Shown: one piece after another, positions 42,352 through 52,815 of the stretch
How the letters are laid out: every line of letters begins with the position of its first letter
Position numbering within the stretch: position 1 is the first letter of the stretch
Assembly (NCBI GenBank): GCA_031255715.1
Contig: JAIRRZ010000025.1
Location: forward strand, 1 to 52,815
Direction: 5' to 3'
Origin: Puniceicoccales bacterium
GTDB lineage: Bacteria > Verrucomicrobiota > Verrucomicrobiia > Opitutales > LL51
Length of the DNA: 52,815 nucleotides
The notes under the pieces: model-generated
The model's input: the letters and a program-made list of their open reading frames with translations, nothing else
Told to the model about the DNA's origin: nothing
Databases searched by the model: none
Position numbers and translations under genes: made by a program

Positions 42352-42951
42352 ATGCTCTATTACTGGACATTTTTAATAGGATATATTATTGGATCAGTTC
42401 CCTTTGCTGTGCTCATCTCCAAAACACAAGGCATCGATATCTTTTGCCAAGGCAGCGGAAATCCCGGCGCTACTAATGTAAAACGCGTTCTTGGAAAAAA
42501 ATATGGCATTTTAGTTTTTTTGCTTGATTTTCTTAAAGGTTTTTTGCCTATTTTTTTTATTAAAAATTTTTTCCAATTGCACCCATACCAGGTAAACAAT
42601 GTGCATGCCATACTGCTTATTGGACTTGTTTTGGGGCATAGTTATTCTCTTTTTCTAAAATTTCGAGGAGGAAAAGGAGTCGCCACAACCATCGGTGGCC
42701 TATTCATTTTGACGCCCAGCACCGCATTGCTAGGCATCGTATTGTGGTATGCCGTATTTACAATCACACGTTTTGTTTCGCTCGCTTCCCTATGTTTCGC
42801 ACTATCTCTACCACTTACAACCTATCTCTTTGCCTATAAAACGGAAATTATTAGGTTGGCCTTTTCTCTAATGATAATCCTATTTCTGCGTCATATCCCG
42901 AATATCCTTCGCCTCTGGAAAGGCATCGAAAATCGATTTGATAGAAAATAG
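42352..42951 (+). CDS. plsY: Glycerol-3-phosphate acyltransferase PlsY
   Basis: GSGNPGATNV.R, DFLKG, GH, FRGGKGVAT, RH..NI.RL. Confidence 0.95.
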   Translation: MLYYWTFLIGYIIGSVPFAVLISKTQGIDIFCQGSGNPGATNVKRVLGKKYGILVFLLDFLKGFLPIFFIKNFFQLHPYQVNNVHAILLIGLVLGHSYSLFLKFRGGKGVATTIGGLFILTPSTALLGIVLWYAVFTITRFVSLASLCFALSLPLTTYLFAYKTEIIRLAFSLMIILFLRHIPNILRLWKGIENRFDRK

Positions 42952-43062
42952 TACCGTTTTGTAGTTTTTTCACAGTTAGCCCGTAGTAAATCGGCAGAAC
43001 CATAATTGCAACAATCTTTTCTTGAAAGATTGAAGCGATTTCACCGCTTATGGGCACATTAA

Positions 43063-43899
43063 TCAGCTCAAAAGTATTTCAATTTGCGCGCAATATTCGT
43101 CGAAAGTAGCTTTAAAAAACAGTAAATAATTCATTGCTCCAAAGGCCAAAAATGGACCAAACGGTAATGGACTACCAAATTTTAGTGTGCCTTTCCGCCG
43201 ATTACAAAACCACCAAACAGGAAATAGAGTGACCATACCTAAACAGGTCCCACCAAAAATCGAAAAAATTGCTCCCTTTGTTCCTAAAAACGCACCAATA
43301 CAACCCATTAATTTCACATCACCGAACCCAATCGCTTCCTTATTCAAAACAAGTTCCGCGAAAATAGCAATCCACAGCAAAATACTCGACCCGAATAGCA
43401 TGCCATGAATCGAAGCAATTCCTCCAAAAAAAATGTAATTTCCCTTGGAAAAATGCGATAGTAATATACTTCCTAAAATTCCTAAAACTGCGCCACCAAT
43501 GGTACAGCGATCGGGTATAGTCATCGTTGCGAAATCAATTCCCGAAGTGATAATCAGTAACCCCAAAAAAATTCCATAAACCAAAAATTCCCATGGATCC
43601 GACCTTTGCCACAGTAGTAAAAATAAAACAGCCGTCAAAACTTCCCAAAAAACATATTGAAATTCGATTTTCCGTCCACAGCAACGCGCTTTACCTTTTA
43701 ATAAAACCCAACTGATAATCGGAATATTGAAAAAAAATGGAATTGGTTGACCACAATTACAATATGATCTGGGAAGAATAATGGAAATATTTTTCGGAAT
43801 GCGCATGATGCAGACATTAAAAAAACTACCAAGACACGCTCCTAGTAAAAAAATAAACAGGCCGCATATCGGATGATTCCAAAATTCTAAAAGTGCCAT
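43063..43899 (-). CDS. pilD: Type IV prepilin peptidase / N-methyltransferase
   Basis: GSFFNV.I.RIP, PRS.C.C, NIPIISW, GKARCC, IDF, GFGDVKL, PFGPFL. Confidence 0.95.
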   Translation of the reverse strand: MALLEFWNHPICGLFIFLLGACLGSFFNVCIMRIPKNISIILPRSYCNCGQPIPFFFNIPIISWVLLKGKARCCGRKIEFQYVFWEVLTAVLFLLLWQRSDPWEFLVYGIFLGLLIITSGIDFATMTIPDRCTIGGAVLGILGSILLSHFSKGNYIFFGGIASIHGMLFGSSILLWIAIFAELVLNKEAIGFGDVKLMGCIGAFLGTKGAIFSIFGGTCLGMVTLFPVWWFCNRRKGTLKFGSPLPFGPFLAFGAMNYLLFFKATFDEYCAQIEILLS

Positions 43900-43900
43900 C

Positions 43901-45469
43901 TCAACGATTGATTAGTGATTGGCCCGCCATTTCTGCGGGTTGTTTTAGGTCCATAATATGGAGAAGTGTTGGAGCTAAATCGCCCAATTTTCCTCCCGAT
44001 TTTAAGGAAGCTGCTCCACAGCGTTCACCATATAGCACCAAGGGCACTGGATTCATCGTGTGCTGTGTGTGGGGAACCTCATTTTCAAAATCCCACATTT
44101 GCTCGGCATTCCCATGGTCTGCCGTAATAAGCGCTGTTCCATGCACCCTATCCACCGCCAACGCAATTTCACTCAAACACCAATCCACTACCTCCACCGC
44201 CCTAGCCGCTGCTTTAAAATTTCCCGTGTGTCCAACCATGTCCATATTCGCAAAATTGACAACAATCAAACCATATTGTTCCGATAAAATTGCTTCGACC
44301 ACTTTATCTCTAACCGCATAGGCACTCATTTCTGGACGCTGATCATAGGTTTCGATATCCTGTGGACTTGGAATTAATACGCGTTCCTCACCGACAAATG
44401 GTTCCTCGCGATAGTCATTAAAAAAGAATGTTACGTGCGCATATTTCTCCGTCTCCGCACAACGCAGTTGCGTAATTCCCAAATCACTCAAATAGCTCCC
44501 TAAAATATTTTTCATTTTTTCTGGACGAGCAAAAATCACATTCGGACATAACCCCTGCTCATACTCTGTTAGCGTCACCCAAAACACATCGATCGTTTTT
44601 TTTCTTGGAAATTTGTCAAAATTTTTATCCGTAAATGCACGGGTAATTTCTCGAGGTCGATCTCCGCGAAAATTAAATAAAATCAATGAATCACCATCTT
44701 CTATTGCTCCGGAATACTGTCCCTTCTCATCGATAATTTGTGTCGGTAATATGAATTCATCACCTTGCCGAACATCGTCCATCGGATTTTTATAGTAATT
44801 TTCAATTGCTTCCTCCGCACTTTTAGTTTTTAAATTTTCGCCCATTCCGGTCAAACAGTCGTAAGCTTTTTGCACACGTTCCCAGCGATTGTCGCGATCC
44901 ATCGCCCAAAACCGCCCGATCACGGTAGCTACTTTTCCTACACCTAATTCATCACATTTTTTTTCAATCGCCCGCAAAAATTCTAACCCACTCTTTGGTG
45001 GGGTATCACGCCCATCACCGAGAAAGTGAATATAAACGGAATTTAATTCATGTTTTCTACAAATTTCAAGCAAACCATACAGATGTCGCAGAACGGAATG
45101 AACCCCACCATCGGAACATAGACCTAAAAGGTGTAATTTTTTATTACTTTTTTTTGCACGCTCAATTGCTTTAAAGATGACAGAATTATTTTCCGCATTT
45201 TTTTCCTCAAAAGCTTTATCGATGCGGACAATTTCCTGGTCTACGATCCGTCCTGCACCAATATTTTGATGGCCGACCTCGCTGTTCCCCATTATACCGT
45301 GCGGTAACCCAACATCCCGTCCACAGGTTTTAAGTTCAGTATATAAACATGTCGCCAATATTTTATCAAAAAATGGTGTTTGTGCATTGGCAATTGCATC
45401 CCATTGTTTCAACTTTAAATTTTTGTTGATTCCCCAACCATCACAAATCACCAACACCGCTTTATTCAT
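43901..45469 (-). CDS. gpmI: 2,3-bisphosphoglycerate-independent phosphoglycerate mutase
   Basis: DGWG, MGNSEVGH, SDGGVHS, DGRD, AETEKYAHVTFF, DMVGHTG, TADHGNAE. Confidence 0.98.
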   Translation of the reverse strand: MNKAVLVICDGWGINKNLKLKQWDAIANAQTPFFDKILATCLYTELKTCGRDVGLPHGIMGNSEVGHQNIGAGRIVDQEIVRIDKAFEEKNAENNSVIFKAIERAKKSNKKLHLLGLCSDGGVHSVLRHLYGLLEICRKHELNSVYIHFLGDGRDTPPKSGLEFLRAIEKKCDELGVGKVATVIGRFWAMDRDNRWERVQKAYDCLTGMGENLKTKSAEEAIENYYKNPMDDVRQGDEFILPTQIIDEKGQYSGAIEDGDSLILFNFRGDRPREITRAFTDKNFDKFPRKKTIDVFWVTLTEYEQGLCPNVIFARPEKMKNILGSYLSDLGITQLRCAETEKYAHVTFFFNDYREEPFVGEERVLIPSPQDIETYDQRPEMSAYAVRDKVVEAILSEQYGLIVVNFANMDMVGHTGNFKAAARAVEVVDWCLSEIALAVDRVHGTALITADHGNAEQMWDFENEVPHTQHTMNPVPLVLYGERCGAASLKSGGKLGDLAPTLLHIMDLKQPAEMAGQSLINR

Positions 45470-45517
45470 TATAGTAAAAGTAAATGAAAAAAAACTTTTT
45501 TCAATATTTACTTTTAG

Positions 45518-45608
45518 TGAGGGGAATCCTTCCCCTCAAACCCCTTGCAAGGAGTCGTAGACTCCTTGACCTCTTATTCAGAGGCCCCCGCGGCTACGCC
45601 GCGGGGGC
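45518..45608. repeat. GC-rich multi-hairpin element, second member of the family at 101-267
   Basis: tgaggggaa-tcc-ttcccctca; caaggagtc-gta-gactccttg; gcccccgcggc-tac-gccgcgggggc. Reverse complement gaggtcaaggagtctacgactccttgc matches gaggtcaaggagtccggactccttgc at 215-240. Confidence 0.85.
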
Positions 45609-45656
45609 TTCTAAACAAAAAGCACATCATCAAGTTCTTTTAAAACTGTCTAGTTT

Positions 45657-46649
45657 TCAAATCCTAGCACAAAGCGTATGCAATTTTTCTTTTAGCTCGT
45701 CAATACCAAGACTTTCTACGCACGAAATTGCCAAAATTTCTTTATTGACGGCCTTTTTAAAGGCCGATAAATGTTCTTCCGCCAAAGGTAAATCGATTTT
45801 ATTGACAACAATAAGACATTTTTTTTTCAAAAGTGCATGGTCATAGTGCGCCAATTCTTCTCGTAATATCCAGTAATCATTGATGGGATCACGTCCATCA
45901 ATGGCAGCGATATCGATCAGGAACAGGAGCATTTTACAGCGTTCGATATGTTTTAAAAACTTAATACCGAGACCATGATTTTCATGTGCTCCGGAAATTA
46001 GCCCGGGAATATCTGCAATGGTCAATGTCTGATATGTTTCCGGATAATGAATAACGCCTACCTTTGGATTGAGTGTTGTAAAAGGATAGGGAGCCTCCTT
46101 TTGATGTGTATTGGTCAAAACATTGACTAGGGACGACTTGCCCGCATTAGGAAACCCGACGAGTCCAATGTCTGCAATTGTTTTTAGAACAAAAGTAAAT
46201 TCCCCCGTTTCTCCCGGTGTACCAAGCGTTATTTTTCGCGGCGCCTGATTAATAGAGCTCTTAAAATTGACATTCCCCTTTCCTCCGACTCCTCCCTTTA
46301 GCAATAAAATTTTTTCGCCATCTTTGAGTAATTCCACGGCAACCGTTTCTGTTTCATTATTGATCACAACTGTTCCTTCGGGAACTTTTAAGAAACGACT
46401 TGCGCCATTGGCACCATGGCAATTGGAACCGCGACCGGGTTCTCCATTTTTTGCGAAGGCGTGGGGCACAAATTTATAATTTATCAAATCCGCCACATTG
46501 CGATCGCAGACTAAAATTATGTCGCCCCCATTGCCCCCATCGCCGCCATTGGGACCGCCATTTGGGCGATATTTCTCGCGCAAAAAACTAAGACACCCAT
46601 TGCCACCGTTACCTGCTTTTAAAATTATCTTCGCTTCATCAACGAACAT
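45657..46649 (-). CDS. obgE: GTPase ObgE/CgtA
   Basis: MFVDEA..AGNGGNG, GGP.GGDGG.GG, GFPNAGKS, YPFTT, DIPG, NKID. Confidence 0.98.
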   Translation of the reverse strand: MFVDEAKIILKAGNGGNGCLSFLREKYRPNGGPNGGDGGNGGDIILVCDRNVADLINYKFVPHAFAKNGEPGRGSNCHGANGASRFLKVPEGTVVINNETETVAVELLKDGEKILLLKGGVGGKGNVNFKSSINQAPRKITLGTPGETGEFTFVLKTIADIGLVGFPNAGKSSLVNVLTNTHQKEAPYPFTTLNPKVGVIHYPETYQTLTIADIPGLISGAHENHGLGIKFLKHIERCKMLLFLIDIAAIDGRDPINDYWILREELAHYDHALLKKKCLIVVNKIDLPLAEEHLSAFKKAVNKEILAISCVESLGIDELKEKLHTLCARI

Positions 46650-46883
46650 GGCCTCATTATTTTTTTCAGATCTATCTTACAAGAAAAATTATTAGCATAG
46701 GAGGGCTACTCGGTTTTAAAAATTTTCGTCAAGGAACATTTTGTCCAAACATTTCGCCATTCGCCCTTTCCATGAGCAACGCTCATAAAAATCCCACAAT
46801 GTAGCCATAGAATTATTAAAAAGAAGCTAAAAAATCCGAAATTTATTGCTAGAAATTGAGGTAATAAGGTTTCTGTATGAAAT

Positions 46884-47177
46884 TTACTCTTCGAAAAATT
46901 TTTTTTCAAAAAGATCACTCAGTTCCCTAATCAAGGATCGCTGTTCAACGACGGAACCACCTTCGATAATAAAAAGAAGTTCTGCACCGCAGCGAGCCTC
47001 GAGCATTATCAATCCCATAATACTTTTCCCATTAACCTGCTCGTTAAATCTTCGAACCCAAACGTCAATGCCTCTATATTTACCAATAATTCTTACAATC
47101 ATTGCCGCCGGTGTAGCGTGCAGACCGAGACGATTCTTCACGCAAAATTTTTGCCGAGACTGTATTGAAAATGTCAT
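46884..47177 (-). CDS. ptsH: HPr-family phosphocarrier
   Basis: NRLGLHATPAA (His15) and NGKSIMGL (Ser46). Confidence 0.88.
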   Translation of the reverse strand: MTFSIQSRQKFCVKNRLGLHATPAAMIVRIIGKYRGIDVWVRRFNEQVNGKSIMGLIMLEARCGAELLFIIEGGSVVEQRSLIRELSDLFEKKFFEE

Positions 47178-47331
47178 TACTTTTTTTTCTTTATACGCTT
47201 TATCGCATTTTAGAGAACATACCCATTAAAGTGAATAGTACACAAAAATTTTTTTCAACACTTTTCTGAGCAATAAAGGAAAAATAAAATAAGATTGCAC
47301 AAAAATATAAAAACTCTTTTTATTCTTTAGC

Positions 47332-48630
47332 ATGGGTTCTTTTAAAACAAACGAACAAAAAGCAACCAACCGGCATATTGCGTGGATAGTTTGGGGAGCG
47401 GCAGCATTTTTCTATTTTTTCGAATTATTTGTTCGCGTTATGCCAGGAACAATGCTCCAAAAAATGCAATCCCATTACGATATTTCGTCAACCATATTCG
47501 GGATTGCCTCTGGAATTTACTACTATGTCTATGCGCCGATGCAAATTTTTGCTGGAATTCTACTGGATCGCTTTGGTGGACGTCTCGTAATGATTCCGGC
47601 GAGCATCATTGTAGCTATTGGATGTGCCTGTATTCTCATTCCCTGGAATTCGATTTGGTTATTTGCATTTGGTCGACTTTTGATGGGTTTAGGCTCTGCA
47701 TTTGGATTTATTGGCGTAATGTACCTAGCAACCGTATGGTTTCACAAAGAACGCCTCTCTTTCGTTTCGGGATTGACAACAGCTCTTGGATTTCTCGGTG
47801 CCATTCTAGCATTGAAATGGATTCCTCATTTTGCGAAAACCTACACATGGCAAGATTGCTGGTTTGGTGCGAGTATTTTTGGCATCCTTTCGCTTATTAT
47901 TCTTTACATCTGCGTGCCACCGACCCCTGTTTGGGAAAGGGAACGCCAAAAAGCACACTTCGAAGAATTTGCACCTAAGCATGCTTTTTCCGGGTTTTTC
48001 ACGGTTATCAAAAATAGGCAGACATGGTTTTTAGGATTAGTTGGAGGGATTTTGTACATGCCAACGACCGTTTTAGGTGACCTTTGGGGAAAAGAATACA
48101 TTGAAACGGTTTACTGTCTTTCCAGTGAGGAAGCCGGCTTTGTAATTTCCATGATTTACTTAGGATGGCTAATTGGCGCACCTTTTTGGGGATATTTTTC
48201 AGACAAAACTGGTTACAAGCGTTCCATACTTTTTTTCAGCACATTAAGTGCCGCCATATTGCTTTTCGCTCTAATCCTATGGAGCAATATGCCGATTTCG
48301 TTTTTAAAAACGTGTCTTTTTTTAACCGGATTTGTTTCAGCTCCACAGGTAATTTGTTTCGTTCTAGGAGTGGAAAAAAATGCAGAAAATGCCAAGGCAA
48401 GTGCCATAGCGACGATCAACATGTTTGTCACGCTTGTTGGTGGAATTTTACAGCCTATTACTGGATTAATTCTCGATTATTCATATAATAATTCTGCAAA
48501 ATCGACATTTCATTACTATTGTGCGAATGATTTCAAATGCGCGCTATCCATCATACCCATCGTCACGCTTATTGGATTTTTCTTCGTCTTTGGGATACAT
48601 CACAAACCGAACACAAAATCAAGAAAGTAA
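47332..48630 (+). CDS. MFS transporter
   Basis: About 12 TM; GILLDRFGGR motif A, GRLLMGLG, GYFSDKTG. Confidence 0.92.
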   Translation: MGSFKTNEQKATNRHIAWIVWGAAAFFYFFELFVRVMPGTMLQKMQSHYDISSTIFGIASGIYYYVYAPMQIFAGILLDRFGGRLVMIPASIIVAIGCACILIPWNSIWLFAFGRLLMGLGSAFGFIGVMYLATVWFHKERLSFVSGLTTALGFLGAILALKWIPHFAKTYTWQDCWFGASIFGILSLIILYICVPPTPVWERERQKAHFEEFAPKHAFSGFFTVIKNRQTWFLGLVGGILYMPTTVLGDLWGKEYIETVYCLSSEEAGFVISMIYLGWLIGAPFWGYFSDKTGYKRSILFFSTLSAAILLFALILWSNMPISFLKTCLFLTGFVSAPQVICFVLGVEKNAENAKASAIATINMFVTLVGGILQPITGLILDYSYNNSAKSTFHYYCANDFKCALSIIPIVTLIGFFFVFGIHHKPNTKSRK

Positions 48631-48636
48631 AATAAA

Positions 48637-48981
48637 ATGAAAATTCGCTGGCTACGTAGCATTTGTTTTTTTACATTTATTAATTTCCATCAATATACCG
48701 AAGGAAAACGTTCAATGCACAAAAATCTCGATAAATTTTTCGGATTGCACACCCTCAAAACGAATGAAAATGCAAAAGAAATTCGCCATTTTTCTAAGGT
48801 ATTTCGCAAGCAACAGCGCTATAACAAAAAAGTAAAAATCAACAAGCGCTTTCAAAAGCCCATAAAATTTGCTCAAAAAGAATTCAATATGCATACGCTC
48901 AATCGCCCATTTATGCGGCGTATGCGTTCTGCCAAAATTGGAACTGCGCCATTATATAAGTGGCTAAATAAAAACAAATAG
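48637..48981 (+). CDS. Small, highly basic hypothetical protein with signal-peptide-like N-terminus
   Basis: 114 aa; ATG 6 nt after the MFS stop; about 30 K/R versus about 5 D/E by hand count. Confidence 0.5.
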   Translation: MKIRWLRSICFFTFINFHQYTEGKRSMHKNLDKFFGLHTLKTNENAKEIRHFSKVFRKQQRYNKKVKINKRFQKPIKFAQKEFNMHTLNRPFMRRMRSAKIGTAPLYKWLNKNK

Positions 48982-49053
48982 ATAATTTCAAAACCATTAC
49001 CAAAATTAACTTTTTTATATTGTTTTAGTAAAAATTGTTCACCACTAATATTA

Positions 49054-50253
49054 TTAAAAGGCGATATTAATTGTCTCGCATAGGATAATTACGACACCCA
49101 TAATTGCGGATCCTGCAAGCATGAATTTATTGGTCGTAGATGCGTAGTAGACATTTTCAAATTTTCCAACAGCTAAAATGTAAATAGGCAACAAAATTGC
49201 TAAAACGGAAAGCATCATTCCTGCAAATCCTAGAATTACAATAAACGCACTGGGAACAATTATGGCAATGACAGAAGGAATTCCAATGGCAATGGCAATC
49301 GAAATCCATTTCGAATGTTTGTTTTTTATTTTCATATAGGATTCTATTGAATCGCATAATCCCATGCCTACGCCTAGTGCTGAGGTTGCTATAGCCAAAA
49401 ATGAAATGATCCAAACCATAACTTGAATAGTCTTTAACCCAGAAATCATTCCTAATGTTTTTACTAATTCGCCGATATCGACTTTCCCATCAACTATTGA
49501 TGTATAGAAATCGAGATCATAATTGTAAATCGCACAGAGAATAACATAACTCCAAATGATATATACAATCGCTGGAATGAGACTACCCCAAAAGAAAACT
49601 TTATTCAAAACTTTTTTATTTCTATCACAATAGTTGCTCAAGGTATGGAAAACAACTTGAAATCCAAAGGAAGTGAAAACAACCGGAATAACTACACTCC
49701 AGGAACTGAATTCCCCATACTTTCCAACGAAAAACGGTATGCGTTTTCCATTAATCGAAGAGACCAATGTTAATATCAAAATTCCGATAAAAACAAGCGC
49801 TCCCATAAATAAAATCCTGTTGACATAATCGAGAAACCGTATGGGAAGAAATAAAACTAATGCCGTACATAGGGAAACAAATAGAGCAACTACCGCAAAG
49901 TATTCTTTATTCAAATTGAGTATTTCTTGACATAGAGATGTCAGACCATAGATGTAAACAGACATTAAAGAAAACATCAAAAGCTTTAAAGATCCAACTC
50001 CAATTAAAGAAGCTATTTTTCCGGAAAATAATGCGCCAAGTTGGCCAATGGATAATCCTTTTCCGGCTCGTAAAATTAACTCAATATTAATAATAGCTGT
50101 GTAATAGGCGACAACCCATATGAAAAGCATCAGCACTGTCCCCAATACAATTCCCAACTTGGCAATCATAATGGGTAATGCGATCATTCCACCACCAATG
50201 GCCGTTCCTGCAACGATAAAAATAGCTCCTAACTGTTTGTTTTTTATATTCAT
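49054..50253 (-). CDS. Aromatic amino acid permease (TyrP/Mtr, HAAAP family)
   Basis: GAIFIVAGTAIGGGMIALP, PVVFTSFGFQ, AIATS.LGV; start placed at MNIKNK. Confidence 0.9.
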   Translation of the reverse strand: MNIKNKQLGAIFIVAGTAIGGGMIALPIMIAKLGIVLGTVLMLFIWVVAYYTAIINIELILRAGKGLSIGQLGALFSGKIASLIGVGSLKLLMFSLMSVYIYGLTSLCQEILNLNKEYFAVVALFVSLCTALVLFLPIRFLDYVNRILFMGALVFIGILILTLVSSINGKRIPFFVGKYGEFSSWSVVIPVVFTSFGFQVVFHTLSNYCDRNKKVLNKVFFWGSLIPAIVYIIWSYVILCAIYNYDLDFYTSIVDGKVDIGELVKTLGMISGLKTIQVMVWIISFLAIATSALGVGMGLCDSIESYMKIKNKHSKWISIAIAIGIPSVIAIIVPSAFIVILGFAGMMLSVLAILLPIYILAVGKFENVYYASTTNKFMLAGSAIMGVVIILCETINIAF

Positions 50254-50349
50254 ATTTGCTGAGCATGGAAAAAATAAATAAAAATAAAACAAGCACAAAA
50301 AAATATAAAATAACAAAAAGCCACAAATGTTCTAGAAACAAAACAAAAT

Positions 50350-50379
50350 AATCCGGATATTCCTGAGGAAATCCGGATT
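50350..50379 (-). terminator. Hairpin after the degenerate 5S copy
   Basis: aatccggat...atccggatt with a T-rich tail on the minus strand. Confidence 0.6.
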
Positions 50380-50385
50380 CAAATA

Positions 50386-50484
50386 CTGGCAACAATCTAT
50401 TCTCGCAACCCATCGTGGTGGCACTACCGGTGAGCGATTGCGGACTCAACGATCGCATTTGGAATGGAAACGTTTTTTTCTCCT
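50386..50484 (-). pseudogene. Degenerate second 5S rRNA copy
   Basis: Co-linear with 50682-50780 at offset 296 (ctggcaacaa.cta.tctcgca..catcgtgg.ggcactacc...aacgatcg...ggaatggaaacgt); 5' stem arm lost. Confidence 0.8.
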
Positions 50485-50648
50485 GAAAGAAGGAATAATT
50501 GTTCCGGGTTTCAGATCCAATGATTCGCCTGTGAACACTTTTTTGCCTATGTCTTCTATATTTCTTATCCCTCTAACAGCATCCATACTCCAATCCATTA
50601 CGAATAAAAAACACAAAAATATCTCACATATTACAAACTCAAATCAGA

Positions 50649-50673
50649 CCGGAATCCCTAAAAGAAATTCCGG
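50649..50673 (-). terminator. Hairpin after 5S rRNA
   Basis: ccggaat...attccgg just downstream of the 5S 3' end. Confidence 0.55.
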
Positions 50674-50681
50674 CCCAAATA

Positions 50682-50796
50682 CTGGCAACAACCTACTCTC
50701 GCACCACATCGTGGCGGCACTACCATCGGCGATTGAGGGCTTAACGATCGTGTTCGGAATGGAAACGTGTGTTTCCCCTCACCTATGATCACCAGA
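50682..50796 (-). rRNA. rrf: 5S rRNA
   Basis: Plus-strand ctggc..cctactctc..actaccatcggc..cttaac...gttcggaatgg...accag pattern; about 115 nt; downstream of 23S. Confidence 0.95.
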
Positions 50797-50988
50797 GTAC
50801 CTAACTGCATAAATACTTCCTCAACCTTTTGCCAAAATCAACTAACCTTTACTATCTCCTCAGAAATAGCCTGTTAGATGCAGCATTAAAATTACTAACA
50901 ACTCATTCCAGATCGCATCGATAAAATGCATTCTAAAATTGAATTGAATTCAATGTATTGCGAAACTATGAAAAACGTCCACGAAAAC

Positions 50989-52815
<1,827 letters not shown>

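Noticed and set aside
45484-45846. 120-aa plus-strand ORF spanning the gpmI-obgE spacer
   Set aside because: Reads through the palindromic repeat and antisense to obgE; no protein-like features
47382-47978. 198-aa alternative-frame ORF inside the MFS gene, and similar nested or antisense ORFs (e.g. 5804-6295, 27648-28199, 43893-44321)
   Set aside because: Fully overlap well-supported genes and have no motifs

Overview
AT-rich, gene-dense bacterial window, mostly housekeeping: atpGDC, xerC, moxR/DUF58, ruvB, trxB, dxr, mnmA, rodZ, gatCA, long greA, ftsY, tig-clpP-nusB, plsY, pilD, gpmI, obgE and HPr. It ends in the 3' part of a minus-strand rRNA operon (23S, 5S). The long GreA, the PVC-type prepilin-like proteins, low GC, broken operons and several amino-acid/MFS importers suggest a genome-reduced, host-associated Verrucomicrobiota (Opitutales-like) bacterium; this is inference only. 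Most notable observations: (1) a CesT-like type III secretion chaperone directly upstream of an orphan, Ca-binding-motif, effector-like protein; (2) three tandem diverged prepilin-like paralogues, with a prepilin peptidase elsewhere in the window; (3) a C-lobe-only protein-kinase-like ORF with a coiled-coil insert; (4) a dispersed family of GC-rich multi-hairpin intergenic elements, one forming an 82-nt cloverleaf with 14-bp terminal inverted repeats; (5) a degenerate tandem second 5S rRNA copy; (6) TTGAC boxes repeatedly 35-44 nt before start codons, implying leaderless or very short-leader mRNAs, including a zero-spacer divergent ftsY/gmhB pair; (7) a stand-alone OleC-like ligase. No CRISPR array, tRNA or transposase was seen. 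All calls come from motif recognition by eye; no database searches were run.
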